The position numbers and the translations under genes were made by a program. This document shows positions 26,526 through 40,079 of a stretch of DNA of 64,000 bases, piece by piece. Each line of letters starts with the position of its first letter. The first letter of the stretch is position 1. Under the pieces are notes generated by a model, which was given only the letters and a program-made list of their open reading frames with translations, was not told where the DNA came from and did not search any database. This DNA comes from Octopus vulgaris (taxonomy: Eukaryota): NCBI GenBank assembly GCA_951406725.2, contig OX597825.1, positions 44,268,001-44,332,000 of the forward strand. The letters are read 5' to 3'.

Positions 26526-26925
26526 GAGGCGGCGAGCTGGCAGAAACGTTAGCACACCAGGTGAAATGCGTAGCCATATTTCGTCTGCCGTTACGTTCTG
26601 AGTTCAAATTCCGCCGAGGTCGACTTTGCCTTTCATCCTTTCGGGGTCGATAAATTAAGTACCAGTTAGGCACTGGGGTCGATATAATCCGTTTGTCTGT
26701 CCTTGTTTGTCCTCTCTGTGTGTAGCCCCTTGTGGGTAGTAAAGGAATAGAAATAGGTATTTCGTCTGCCGCTACGTTCTGAGTTCAAATTCCGCCGAGG
26801 TCGACTTTGCCTTTCATCCTTTGGGGGGGGGGGGCGATAAATTAAGTACCAGTGGCGTACTGGGGTCGATCTAATTGACTGGACACCCTCCCTAAAAATT
26901 TTGGGCCTTGTGCCTAGAGTAGAAA
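26526..26925 (+). mobile_element. SINE family A dimer with two different tails and a single TSD
   Basis: Head at 26528; second body starts at 26757. 15-bp TSD agagtata(a/g)agcagg at 26511-26525 and 26926-26940. Confidence 0.92.
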
Positions 26926-27984
26926 AGAGTATAGAGCAGGATTGGATGCATGGATAAGAAAAATGGGTTTTGCAAAACCACTAGATCTAATAACAACAGC
27001 AAGAAAGTTATCAACTTTTACTAATTTCTCACCTTTCAGTGATATTGCAACTTTAATTTATCGCATTAGTGTCTAGTCATCGTCTTTGTAAGCTTTCTAT
27101 ACGCTCCGCACATCTGAATTTCTGGTAAACTGATAGTTCTATAGTTTTGAGTAGTACTCTGCACACTATTCCGTTGCTTCCTTTTCTTTTGTAAGCTATT
27201 TCCATTTTTTTTTTTTGCTTTTGATGGTATTTACTGTTCGTTTATTTTCTTGAGTGGACATTTACAAGTTGGAATGCTTTTGTTGCTTTAGTACTAGAAA
27301 ATTGCGTTCGTTTTCTTTACATTCTTCAGCTAACAGCCCCACAGTAATACTGAAAGGCTTTGCCTGCAGGGAGATGTTCATAAAACTACATGAAACCGGT
27401 GGGCGTCCTAGTATCGTTTCTTAATAGATCAGGAATCTATTTGCATTGCTGTTCTTTCTATTGAAGTAAAGTACACATCGTTACTCTCCATTTCATATAT
27501 GACAACTTTAGTTTCTGTTTTTCATGCAGTGTTCCTATATTCATGTAACAACCGTGATGTTATCTCAGCCATGAATCTTTTGTGTTTATAAACCAGTGGT
27601 ACATTTACTGCAACCGTCCAGGTGAGAGGCAATTAGTGCAGTCATCGTTAACCTATACTGTCAACGGTCCGATATAGAGTTCATCATTTTACAACACGCA
27701 TTGGATAAGAAATACTGGTAAAGCCTATGTCTCACCAGATTTGACTTGGCAGCCTACTTCCAACTCGGTAGCTCATCTTGACTGTAAACACATGACTGTA
27801 AACAAGAGAACGTAACAGTTCAATCGCGAACTTGTTTCGTTCTAGCTGGTGATTTCATCCAAAAAGTCATTCGGCTCTGGTATCATGTTAAAACCTCCCA
27901 TGAGATGTGTGTAAGTATATATGATTGTAAATCACTCGCTATTTTCTCCCTTTCTCTTTCTCTCTTTTGTATATACATACATAC

Positions 27985-28039
<55 letters not shown>

Positions 28040-28042
<3 letters not shown>

Positions 28043-28325
28043 CGACTCTCCCGTCGAAGACCACGTATGAGCGTTTAACTTTTGCAGAACGACCGGCACA
28101 GATGACTTGTTTATAGTGATCAAATGTTCATGCTGCACATTAGCTCATTCTCTCCATCAAATCTGCGTTGTCTGAACAGGTGCACTGTTTCACGTGTCAG
28201 GTGAAGAAGTATTCGCAGTTCAAAGTGAGATGAAGTGTTTTGCTCAAGAACACAACACACCACCCAGTCTAGGAACTGAAAGTACGGTCGCCACATCGAG
28301 AGTGCAAAACCCTAACTACTTGGTT
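28040..28325 (-). mobile_element. Old SINE related to family B
   Basis: Minus strand reads tagttagggttttgcactc...ttcctagactggg..ttcttgagcaaaacactt, similar to 4870-4960. Confidence 0.6.
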
Positions 28326-28599
28326 ATATGCATATAATGTAGTCGAGTAGTACATAAAAGTATAGCAGCTCAAAATTTCTTTTAAAGTGTGCCTTTTTTC
28401 TCTGACTAAAGTCATAAGTTGTGAGGTTTCATAATCTTCTTCATGCAGCATTATTAATTTCGGTATGCAAAACGACACGTACATGTTTGCATCAATATGT
28501 AGGCACGACGTTATACAATACAATCGTATATTCACAAAATAATACAAATAAAGAATGCTAACTCACAAGATCACTGGAACATCAGGGTTACATTTACGA

Positions 28600-29400
28600 A
28601 TCGATTTTAAATATAAATATAGAATTCGCCCTATTATTTACAATGAATGGAATGCTAGAATTGAACAAGATTACAATAATTTGGTCAGTAAAAGGAAAAT
28701 AATAGAGCAAGGACAAATATTATGGTGTTATTCTTTATAGAAAAATTTCACCTATGAACACACTCAAAAGAATTTTTAGATTTTCCCAACAAAATATATA
28801 AATAGAAGCATTTGGAGCAATATTTAGACCGAGTTGGGGTAATGTTGAACCGCAAAATGTTACGATTTCGTATTCTACTGATTTTTCTAAACTTTTTTCT
28901 ATTAGATGTAGTAGGAGACAATGCAATTTGGCTTTATTTATAGACCCTAGTTTATTCTTAGTCATATATATTCTTCTGTTTTCCCTCAATATTTCTAACT
29001 ACATGTACTGAGTTATTATATTTATTTTTAGTAATATTTTTACCCTCATTAAATTACACGTTTTTAATTGTTGATGAGCTGTTATTTTTGTTTTTAATAT
29101 CTATCGTCAGTATTGGTATTAGGATTAACATTTGAAACCTTATTCCCACCTAAAATTCTATTATGCATATTCCGGAGGTTACTTTTATTAGCTTTACTAA
29201 AATCATTATAATCATCATAATGTTTGTAACTGTATTTGGGTATTTAACACCATTTAAATTATCTTCAACAATATTACTATCCTTGATTGTTCTGTCATTT
29301 ACATAAGAGTTTTGTTTGTTTCTAGCACTTTTTCATACAATATCTTTCTCATAAGATCTAAAATCAGCATTAATCCGAGTAGAACGTACAGCATGTGGTC
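28600..29400 (-). pseudogene. Possible very decayed PLE relic
   Basis: An Asn/Lys-rich stretch followed by RNILRFNI (cf. VIWLNIP in the 22-23 kb element). Confidence 0.3.
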
Positions 29401-29726
29401 CTAATATAATTATTAGTACTAGGAATATCACAGGACTTCGTGAGAAGGTGTACAACACTTAGCTACGATTGCTATTGAATCCGAATGAAAAGGGAAGATG
29501 TTATCAAGGGAGCAACAGTTCCCTTTCCAAAAAGAAATAAAACCCAGTCACTGGAATTTATAAATTAACATATGTCTATAGAATTCCATCCCGAATTTGA
29601 GAATGTCCTGCATGTTTTTAACTGTTCTGAAGATTAAATTAAGCAAGAAGACAATATATGCACTTGAAACAGAATTAGATTTAAATAATTATATGTATAA
29701 TATTTATAATGTCTATAAAGACTATA

Positions 29727-31838
29727 CTAGCAGAAAAACCCGGCGTCACCCGGGTTCAAGATAATAATGAAATTTTAAAACGCCATCTAGATTACGCAGA
29801 TCTCAACTGATTGTAGCTGAATATATTAACTCTCCAACCCATACCATCGTGGAACATAGACGTTAAGGGAAATGTTAAAAGAAAGTTTTCAACTCATATA
29901 TGTACATAATGAAAATATACGTAATTCAAGAACATGTTTCGTCTAGGCTTATTTCGCAACCAAAACACAGGTATAGATTATAAACAACGAAAGCCGATTT
30001 TGGTGAGTTATTTGACAGAGGTAGAAGAGAGCCAGTATGATAAATCTGACCTTTGATCTTGAAAGTTTGCATGAATCCTGGCTCAGTTAAATCTCTTGTG
30101 TCTCCAAATGATGACATCTGTAGTGCAGCGTTGTATTGTCTAATTTTGTTTTGGAAGTGCTTGGAATCTTGGTCAGTTGATGAGAACAGTTTTTCAATGG
30201 TTCTGGAGGTTGGGAGATTGCCGGGATTTTGACCTTTCCACCACTGCAGCACAGTGCAGGTATCTCTCTAGACCACTTCCTTGCTTTACAATGTATGCAC
30301 CAAGTTGTCATTGCATCAATGGAAGCTCTAGTATCACTTCTATAATGAAATGCTGGATCATAATTGAAAGCTGCTTCATAGAAGTTGCTTCTCTGAGTTG
30401 TTGCAACTGCTCTTCGTTCTGCAGTGGAGATCCTATTCCTTGTCAGCCATGCATACCTGTGTTCATCACTTTAAGATGTTCTGACTTTTGTAGTGCACAG
30501 TCTATTCGTTTCTTGATATGCTTCTCTTTCAGCAGCTGTCTCTCTTTCCCTGGACAGAGACATTATTTTGGGTGATCTTGACATTGTAGACAAATTTGAC
30601 ACTTTCCTTCTAGGCATGATTATTTACGTATTTAGAAATACACGGGTGCAGAAGATAGTAAACAATGAAAATAACTGGGTAACGGAAGTTATATTTCTTA
30701 ATACGACGGGCAGAAAGTAAATAAGAGTTTTTTACGGAAAATAAAGAACTGTACAAGTTGAAGCGAAATTTGTCAGCGAACCAAAGAGCCAGTATCGAAG
30801 GAACCAGAAAAAAAGCCGTAAACAACAGAGGAGCACAAAACTATTGCCAAATAAAATTTAGAGAAATTAACTAAGTGTATGTATTTAAGTGAAATTGTTG
30901 AAATTACTTCTGTCAGTAAATTATGAACTTGCTTTTATCAGTAATTCCGTCAACAACAAAATACACAAAACGTTGCAAAAGTAAATATAAGATTTGTAGG
31001 CAAATTTAACAAAACGTACGGATTGTAGTGAAATTTATGAAGCAACTTCTGTTAGTAAATTATGTATGAAATTACTTTCATCAGTAATTATTAACTTCTT
31101 TCAGTAATTTGTCAGTAATTTGTCTTTGTTGTTTATAAAAAGCAATTGAAAACTTACAGTAGCGATTGAACATAAAGTGAAAATAATAGCGTCCGAAAAA
31201 TAAAAGTGAAAACAATAGCGTCTGAAAAATGTAAGTGAAAACAATAGAGAGTGAGTGAGATATAGAGAGTGGGGAGAGAGAACTAGCTAGTTAGAGAAAT
31301 AAGATAGATATTGATAGATAGATAGATTGATAGATAGGTAGATAGGTAAATAGATAGATAGATAGATAGATAGACACAGAGTGAGAGAGAGATAGCTATA
31401 GAGACAGAGATGGATAGAAAAATAAAGATAGATATATATAGAGCGATAGAGATAAATAGAGAGAGAAATGGACAGAGATATATAGAGAGAGATATAGACG
31501 TCACTGACGCTAGAAAGCCGGAAGTAAATATTTTAAAAAACTTTCAAAGACGGGAATCTAATAAAAAAAGCAATATTTTATTCATTTTTAAAAATTACCA
31601 ATGGATGTAAGGAAGGCAATCAATTTCTGAAAGTTACTTCGCAAAGAGTTGCCTTCCTGCTCTACGTAACCCAGAAACGGGTGTTTTCTGCCCCCCTCAC
31701 ATGGGGCCCGTTAAGTCTAAACCCACTCCTGGAACATAAGTAATGTATGTTCCTGGTTTGGAGAAAATCAGCTGAAAAATACAGCCGTTATAATCTTTTA
31801 CACACACACACACACACACTCACACACACACAAACACT

Positions 31839-31878
<40 letters not shown>

Positions 31879-31901
31879 GAGAACGGTATTTATATTATAG
31901 A
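29727..31901 (-). mobile_element. Complete non-autonomous Helitron with internal Rep/Hel N-terminal fragment
   Basis: 5' A|TCTATAATATAAA at 31901. 3' hairpin cccgg-gtgacg-ccggg plus CTAG|T at 29727. CIHCKARKW..E..LCCSGGKV..PPEPL and FQNKIRQYNAALQMSSFG..TFKIKGQIYH.GSLLP at ~29990-30311. Confidence 0.92.
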
Positions 31902-33009
31902 TTAGAAAATATTACAGCCATTTTTGTTCTACATTTCTATGTAGATTGTAAATGTTATTCGTATCATAGTTATAATCTAATGCAGTTTCAAACATGAATA
32001 TTGATATAACTTTACCCTTGTCAACTTTCACAAAACTTATTGAATGTCTTATTTGTTGATGTCTATAGTAGAACGCGATTTCGACCTAGCTTCGTTTGCC
32101 CAGGTTTTCTGTCACTGAGGAAACCAAATGACGCCAGACACCGGTGCCTAACGTTCCATCGACAGTATTCTGAGCGAGCTCTGTATCTATTATACGCAAT
32201 GTCTCTTAAAAGAAGTTTGTCTGTGTCAAAATATTTCAGCTAAGGCCGTTCTGCGTTTTTATATACGTTATATACATTTTAAGTGTCATACACAACGAAG
32301 TTCACAAATATATGTTAGATGGTAATTTTCTTTGCATGAAAACCACAGATTTTACAGCATATAGCTTAAAGACTTAAAGTCATACAACTAAGTTCGCCAA
32401 TAATTATGAGTACAAATCTGAGTACATAATTGTGTTACAGAAATGTTGGTTATAAAATCCCTCTTTAGCTCTGATTTTCATTCAAATATTCATATATACA
32501 GCTAATCTCTATAACTGCCTTATTATTCTTTTGTGAGCTAAATCGATAAGATGTATTCCTCGTGTTGTATAAATATGCTCAGCATCAGCAATATTATTCG
32601 CATATTTTTCTCTGGGGTTTCTCATGATTGTGCAAATGCATACATGTGCATCATTATACAGGCACGTACAGACGCACACACATTCATTTATACATGAATG
32701 CCGAAAGCTCCATGTGAATTGTATTTCAGCACTTGCATATACCAATATATGTTCAGACATATATAACAGGTTGTGTGGGTGTGTGTATGTGTTGCGGCCA
32801 AGCCTTTTTAAAATCTTGTAGATTGATATATATAGTCCACTGCATATGACTGTATCTATATCTGCCAATGTATCAGTCTAATGCTCTTTCTCTCTTTTCT
32901 CTCTCTCTTTCTCTCTCCCTCTCTGTATGCACGCACACATACATGCACACATAAACACACACATATATATATATAGATAGGTAGATACACATACATATAT
33001 ACACAAACT

Positions 33010-33040
<31 letters not shown>

Positions 33041-33139
33041 GAACGCACATACACACATACATACATTCATACATACATAACCGGATTATTACCTCCCACT
33101 TTGAAGGGTATGCTTTTGCAATCCAGGAATAGGAAATGT

Positions 33140-33818
33140 CAACCAAGTACCTAGAAGACCAACATCATGGGTCAGGCTACATCGGACATCCCAAACATAC
33201 ATATTGGAGACCACAGATTACAGGAGGTGGAGAAGTTTACCTATCTTGGCTCTACCGTCACCTACAACCTATCCCTTGACGCTGAGCTCAATATACGCAT
33301 TGGCAAGGCAGCTGCTGCGATGGCCCAACTCTCCAAACGGGCATAGGACAACAATAAGCTGACCAATACCACGAAAATGAAGATCTATCAGGCATGTGTA
33401 CTTAGCACTCTACTGTATGGAAGTGAGACTTGGATGCCATACACACGCCAAGAGCATCGCCTAAACATATTTCACCTGCGCTGCCTCCGAAAATCCTTCG
33501 CATCAAATGGCAGAATCATATCCCCAACAAAGATGTCCTCAAGCAAGCAGGAATACCAAGCATGTTTGCACTCCTCACACAAAGACGTATGAGATGGCTT
33601 GGGCATGTTAGCCGTATGAAAGATGGCAGAATCCCCAAGGGCATACTCTACGGAAAGCTTGCTAGGGGTACTAGGTCTGTGGGAAGACCGTTCTTACGTT
33701 ACAGGATGTTTGCAAAAGGGACATGAAGGCCTGCAACATCAATATTAGCAATTGGGAAGCAGTTGCCAGCAACCGTGGAGATTGGCGACGTACCGTAAAA
33801 GAGGGAATACAAAAGAGT

Positions 33819-33877
<59 letters not shown>

Positions 33878-34095
33878 AATGGAAAGACAAGAAAAGACGT
33901 CAACAAGAAACTATGACATTACAACCAGCCAGGAACAGTCTTCGCAACATTTGCGGCACCTGCCAGAGGGAGTGTTTGTCCAGGATAGGACTATACACCT
34001 ACAGCAGGAAATGTATCAGGACATGAAATGTAAAAGCCGGACAAGACTATTTTATGCGCAACTCCATTGTCTCCCGAGACAAAAAGGATGCCAAC
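33140..34095 (+). mobile_element. RTE-clade LINE 3' fragment, frameshifted, with internal (GA)n
   Basis: EVEKFTYLGS, RIGKAA, VLSTLLYGSETW, RRMRWLGHV, CGTCQRECLSRIGL. Tail gcgcaactccattgtctcccgagacaaaaaggatgc. Confidence 0.92.
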
Positions 34096-34751
34096 CTGAT
34101 GCACGGAAAGAATAGAGGTGTGGGAAAAGACGTAAAATGTGACAACCGCTGAAGACTTTGTGGTATTCATACTGAAGATATAACCCACATCATAAGCAGT
34201 TGTCCGAAAATGTCATCACGGTATCATCTATCAATGAAACGAAGTTCTAGCTAGAACACTCTAGAATGAAATCCGTCGGAAGGATAATCCCGAGGACAAA
34301 GAAATAGAAACCCACAATACAGTAGAAGCCATTTATAATGAAGCCATTATAATGAAAAGGAATACTGGTGGAATGTACTAGACCTGATTTGGGATAGAGA
34401 AGAGAAACCGTACACAGTTGTAGAAATTATCTGCCCAGCGGATGTTAACATAAAGCTGAAGATCAGTAAAAATCCATTGAGAAATCTACAATTACTCTAT
34501 CCAGATTACAGGTTCAGGCTTATACCTGTAATTATTGGGGCCCTGTGATATGTAACACACTGTCTAAATACCAAACTTGAGAAATTAGGCTTCTCAAAAC
34601 CAAAAAGGAGAAAGCTAATTCAAAGGGGATAGATCCAATCCATCACTGGAACTGTAAAATTCTGTAAAAACTTCCAGAAGTTTATCATTTAAATATATAT
34701 GAGCATGTCGCATAAGAATACATACGTAAAACATACAAATCTGCACATACA

Positions 34752-34787
<36 letters not shown>

Positions 34788-34800
34788 TACATACATACAT

Positions 34801-35350
34801 GGTGGCTGCCCCCTCATTATCGAGTATGGCCATTGCACGAAGCTTAATCAATGTTGTTATCGTGCAATGCCTGTGCAAGAAGATTTTTTTTAAGTGAGGA
34901 AAGGCTGTGCACTGAGTCAATCCCACTCACTAAGCAACAGCAGCCATAATCCGAAAAGAAGATCAAGTCAACATCATCGGTAACCACTGAGCCGCAGGTT
35001 TTATATCGGAGTTATCCCAGTTACCTGAGTTACCTTCTCCTAGGAGGATGCTTAACAAAGGCTAGGAGACCTTCACTCCTAATGGTTTAACCGCGCGATC
35101 GGGTATTCAGTCCGATTATTTCTATGTCTCCGCGCATGATACAGCCTTAAGACATTTATTGGATGGCCGTTGACTCTCAAGAGTTCCTCCGTCCTTTGAC
35201 GGGTTTTGTTTTTCATCCCGCAGGGTGTCCAATAAACACCCTCCTCACCAAGCAAGCTTGGTGGGGTTGCCGGTTTAGTCGCCGACGACCTGGCAATGCA
35301 ATAGGTTGTACTGGGTTACATGTTACCAGTAGCACTCGAAAGTGACCTGA
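34801..35350 (-). mobile_element. 550-bp non-coding element sharing its first ~190 nt with the RTE 5' end at 52645-52835
   Basis: 35160-35350 aligns with 52645-52835. Flanked on both sides by (TACA)n. Confidence 0.85.
35270..35347 (-). ncRNA. HDV-like ribozyme fold (putative)
   Basis: Order on minus strand: P1 (ggtcac or ggtaac), P2 ccagt, P3 aca, L3 acctat, P3' tgc, P1' attgcc, agg, P4 tcg-tcgg-cga, CTAA, P2' accgg. Confidence 0.55.
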
Positions 35351-35659
35351 CATACATACATACATACGTACATACATACATACATACATACATGCATACA
35401 TACATACATACATGCATGCATGCATGCATGCATGCATGCATACATACATACATACATACATACATACATACATACATACATACATACATACATACATACA
35501 TACATGCGTACATACATACATACAAACAAAAGTACCCTATTGTTGATGTTGAAATTCCAGTGAAAAAACCTTGGATCTAGGTTAGAAACCGGTTCTTTCT
35601 CTATTGGCAAGAAATCTTGAAATAAACTGAATAATGACATACATACATACATACATACA

Positions 35660-35691
<32 letters not shown>

Positions 35692-36072
35692 GGCACAGAC
35701 AGACAAATGCATACACATATATTTCAAAAATCTTCCTTTCTGATAACATCTTTACAAATCAGGTTATTTTTCGGTTGAAAAACACCTGGGTAGTTGTGTT
35801 CCGACGAAAAAAAATATATATGTAGTTGCCTTTATGATATATTCTAAATTTAAAAAATCTCTTCCGTGCTTTTCATACGGCTAGATATGTTATGGCTAAA
35901 AGTAAATATGTCTGTTTCTGCTTTGTATGATGCATTCTTTAGTTCATAAATTCTAGTCAATGTTACCTTATATAGACTGTGTGACAACTTTGAGTTTAAA
36001 ATACCGTATTAATTGAGAACTTGCGCAGAAAGTTGCCCAGGTTCGGACGAATAAAAAAGTGAGATAAAAGTA

Positions 36073-37316
36073 TCAGGTCATCCCATAAGTTCCGTCCGAT
36101 TTGACCTTTTTTAAAAATGAATGTAATTTAATAGTATTTTAGAATGTCAAATGGAATTAAAACTTATTTTTATGCATTTGTGTACATTTGAACTAATTAA
36201 ATATTATTTTACAGAATAATAGAATTAAAATTTCTTTGATTAAAACCCTTTCTAACATGGAAGTATCCAAAGAGCATTTAAAGCACAAAATGTTTATGAG
36301 TATAAAAAAGGAAACTCTGCAGCCGAAGCGACTCGAAAAATACACTCAGTTTATGGGTAAGAATGCTTGAATAAAAGAACTTGCGGAAAATGGTTTGCAA
36401 AATTCAGAAGTGGCGATTTCAGCCTCGAAGATGAAGATCGAATGGGACGTCCAGTTGAGTTGGATGATAAGCTCCTTGGGGCATTACTTGAGGAAAATCT
36501 TGCTTTATCAGTTGAAGAATTAGCAATAAAGCTTATTTCAAACCATACAACTGTTCATCGTCAACTTCAACAACTTGGAAAGGTTCCTAAACTTGGAAAA
36601 TGGGTGCCTCCTGAATTTTCCGAAAGCAACCGCAAATCCCGAGTTGACATCTGCTCTTCTCTCCATTCTCGTGAACTCATTTCACCCCTTTTGGGTAGAC
36701 TTGTGACTGGTGACGAAAAATGGATCTTCTGTGGAAATGTTAAACGTCGTAAACAGTGGCTTGGTAAAAGGGAAAAAGCTCAACCACAACCGAGAAGGGA
36801 ACTTCATGGAAAAAATGTTCTTCGTTCTATCTGGTGGGATTGCAAAGGAGTAATTCACTTTGAATTGTTACCACCTAATGCAACAATCAATGCTTAAGTA
36901 TACAGCCAGCAATTAGAGCGTTTGAACCAAGCTTTGAAGAAAAAAATGACCCGCTTTAGTGAATCGAAAAGGCGTGATGCAAAGATCACATCACAGAAGA
37001 TCGAGAAAAAATTCCTCATCCACCTTATTCTCCCAACCTTGCTCCTTCAGTCTACCATTTGTTTCGTAGTTTATAGAATCATTTAGGGTATGTAACTTTC
37101 GCAAGCCAACATGAGGTCGAAACTGACAATTCGGAGTTCTTCGCTTTGAAACCAAAAGAGTTTTACATTGATGGGATTAAAAAGCTTGTAAATAGATGGA
37201 AGGAAGCCATAGATAATCAGGGAAAATACATTGAAGACTAAATTTCAATTAAATATAACATTTGATCACTTGTTTTCTTAATTAAAAATTCGGACAGAAC
37301 TTATGGGATGACCTAA
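36073..37316 (+). mobile_element. Near full-length mariner transposon, defective transposase (~36257-37241)
   Basis: 27-bp TIRs t(c/t)aggtcatcccataagtt(cc/ct)gtccga with TA TSDs. WVPPEF, VTGDEKW, HPPYSPNLAPS. Contains stops and frameshifts. Confidence 0.95.
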
Positions 37317-39383
37317 TATGTCTGCTACTATTACTACTACTACTACTACTACTACTACACACACACACAAATATATATTTATATGCATTAGAGATACCGG
37401 TTATTTTTTTATTAAAGCCATCCACAGGCCTGTTTCTCAAGTGATGCCAAGTTGTTTTTCGTTTACATTATTAAAAGATAAAAGGAAAGTTTCAAGTTAA
37501 TACAGAATTTTAATCTCCCCCAACATTATGCAATGCCTTATATAGCTAGAATAGCAGTCATAGGCCTATAATGTAAGAACTGATCTTGACTTCTTTTTAA
37601 AACATGTTAACTTCACCTACGCAGCTAATGTATTTTTAAAATGTATGAATAATGTAGCTAACTACTTCTCGCACAATTTATTGTTTGAATAATCATGGTT
37701 ATAATGAGTGTCGAGAAAGAATTCTGATATTAATTTGATCTAATATTCTCAAAGAAAAAGTGTGTTAATTGTTCATTAAATAAATTATCACTTGCAAAGG
37801 AAAAGTCTAACAGTGTATAAAATTTGTTTATAAAATATAAACAGCCATAATTCATAACAAATAGTTTGAGAAATTGTTTACTTGCCCTAAAGATATTTAC
37901 TTCAATTCGGGGAAGAATCCTATAAACAAATTCTCAAAAGAGATCAAATAATAATGTAGAGTTTGTTAATAAAATTAACTGAGGTTATTTAATATTTTAT
38001 TGTTCTTTAATTGAAATCAATTTATTGCCAAGAAATTAACTTTGTATTCTTCTGTCTCTTCTTATTCAATAAAAACAGAGGGGAACAAAGAAAGAGGGAT
38101 AAAATACGAGAGCTACATTTATAACATAAAATGGCTCGAAGATATTTTATTGAAACTTATTCAAACTATTCTTTCATAACATCTGTGTGTATAAATCGAA
38201 TAGCTGAGCAATGGTCAGAGTTGTACACAGGGTAAGCAGAAGCCCTTTCTGCTGCAACTGCAGTGAATAGATGACAGACATAAGAATCAGAAATGTCTAT
38301 GGGCATGCAACAATATTGAAGGTTCAACGTAACAATGTTGAAGGTTTAACCTTCAACTCTAACAATTCTTCTAACAAAGAACTCATTGTGTGATCGATCA
38401 ATTTGTTAGAAATAGCAGTCATATTCTGGGACATCTGCCTTAAGGCAGACACATTTGATAATGTAGTCCAAGATTAAATGAATTTTAAAAATGCGATCGT
38501 TAGTAACTCAACACCCTCCACTTTGCTGGGGATAATAAGGCAAAATTTTAAATTTAAATGCTTCCAAATGCTACCTTTCATGTAAATTATATTCAATAGA
38601 CTCTAGGACTTTTTTTTTACTTGATACTTATTTTATTAGTTCCTTTTGCTGAACCAGTAAGTTACGGGATGTAAACACATCAATACTGGTTGTCAAACGG
38701 TGGTGGGAACAAACACAGACACAAAAACACATACACACACGCACATACATACATACATACATACATACATACATACATACATACATACATACATACATAC
38801 ATACATACATACGTACATACATACATATACATATACATACATACATATACCTTTTCTCTACTCATCCCTTAATGCAGCTCTATTATATCACACCTATTCA
38901 CATATTTCATTCTTATTCACTCTTTCTCTTCTCTTCTCTTCTCTTCTCATCACTTCCTATCCCTCTCCACTCTGCTCCCATCCTCCCCTCACATTATCTT
39001 GACCACCAACTAACACTCCTGTTCTCCTTTCACTCTTCACTTTTCTTTCACTTTTTTCACATTTTTTCTCATTTTCTCTTCCTGTTTTCATTTTGACCTT
39101 TCTCCTCATTCTAATCATACACATCTTCCCCGTATACTACCAATACATTCCCAAATTTTCACTCACACCACAAGACCGTTTCCAATGTGCCAACACAATC
39201 CACAACTCCATACTTTGCACGACTGAACATGAACTACTATTGGAATTTACATACCATGCACAGGAAACTTTTTTACCACTTCTACACACCAATTTCCTCG
39301 AATAATGGAACTGCAACTACAATATCTTTGTATTTTATATTTTATTTCTAGTTTCATTCTCTCATTTCCCTCTATATTCCCTG

Positions 39384-39510
39384 TCTCCTTTTCCATAATA
39401 ATTCCTTATCCCAGAAACAGCCGTAAGACTATATCTATATCTTTTCCCTTATAATTGTACTGAAAACTATTCACACCCTTGGTTTTGTTATCTCATTTTG
39501 TTTAATATAT
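39384..39510 (+). mobile_element. Decayed PLE-type terminal repeat related to the 23.7-kb hammerhead family
   Basis: gtctcc...tatcccaGAAAcagccGTAagac...ccttggttttgttatctcatt resembles 23767-23875. The 5' core is lost. Confidence 0.55.
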
Positions 39511-39513
39511 ATA

Positions 39514-39571
39514 TTGTTGTTGTTGTTGTTTGCATCCTTTTTGTCTCGGGAGACAATGGAGTTGCGCAATA
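39514..39571 (-). mobile_element. Isolated RTE 3' tail with (CAA)n
   Basis: Reverse complement gcgcaactccattgtctcccgagacaaaaaggatgc is identical to 34056-34091. Confidence 0.9.
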
Positions 39572-39576
39572 TATAT

Positions 39577-39623
<47 letters not shown>

Positions 39624-39630
<7 letters not shown>

Positions 39631-39705
39631 TGAGAGAGTAACCACTATGTGGTCGACTCTAGTGCTAAAAATAGATCCGCTAGTGGTATACTCTCTCATA
39701 TTTAT
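39624..39705. repeat. Short fold-back (~24-bp arms) plus AT-rich tail between (TA)n tracts
   Basis: ataaatatgagagagtaaccacta pairs with tagtggtatactctctcatatttat. Confidence 0.8.
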
Positions 39706-39804
39706 GTATAAATTTGTATTTTATCCCTGGTTTTATGTGCTAAGCCACTTGGTGTTAAATTGATGCTATTATTAAATTAATATCAAATTTTTCACCCTCA
39801 TTTG

Positions 39805-39845
<41 letters not shown>

Positions 39846-40079
39846 AGGGTGCGATGTGTAAATTGTCGCCATTTTATACTTTAAATTTCGTGCATGCGCA
39901 TTGTTTGTTTTTGATTTCGTCGACTTTTCTAGTGGACTGTTTTGACGGTCCTACAATTCCATGATTTATTTAGCCTTTTACTGTATGAATTTCTATTCCA
40001 TACGAGACGTTGCTTGAGAAATAGACACTCTTTTTGTTTTGACTAGATAAACTCGATTCCGTTTATAAAAAGGACAAGA

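Larger units (their letters stand above)
34105..35635 (+). mobile_element. RLE-type (R4/Dong/R2-like) non-LTR 3' fragment; its putative 3' UTR is split by (TACA)n and an insertion
   Basis: RLCGIHTEDITHIISSCP (CCHC), EYWWNV, WDREEK..VVEIICPAD, RLIPVIIGAL. Coding ends ~34692. Assigning 35520-35635 as its UTR is an inference. Confidence 0.75.

Noticed and set aside
27000-27900. pogo/Tigger-like DDE relics here and at ~20000-20450
   Set aside because: Only faint motif resemblance; needs a profile search.
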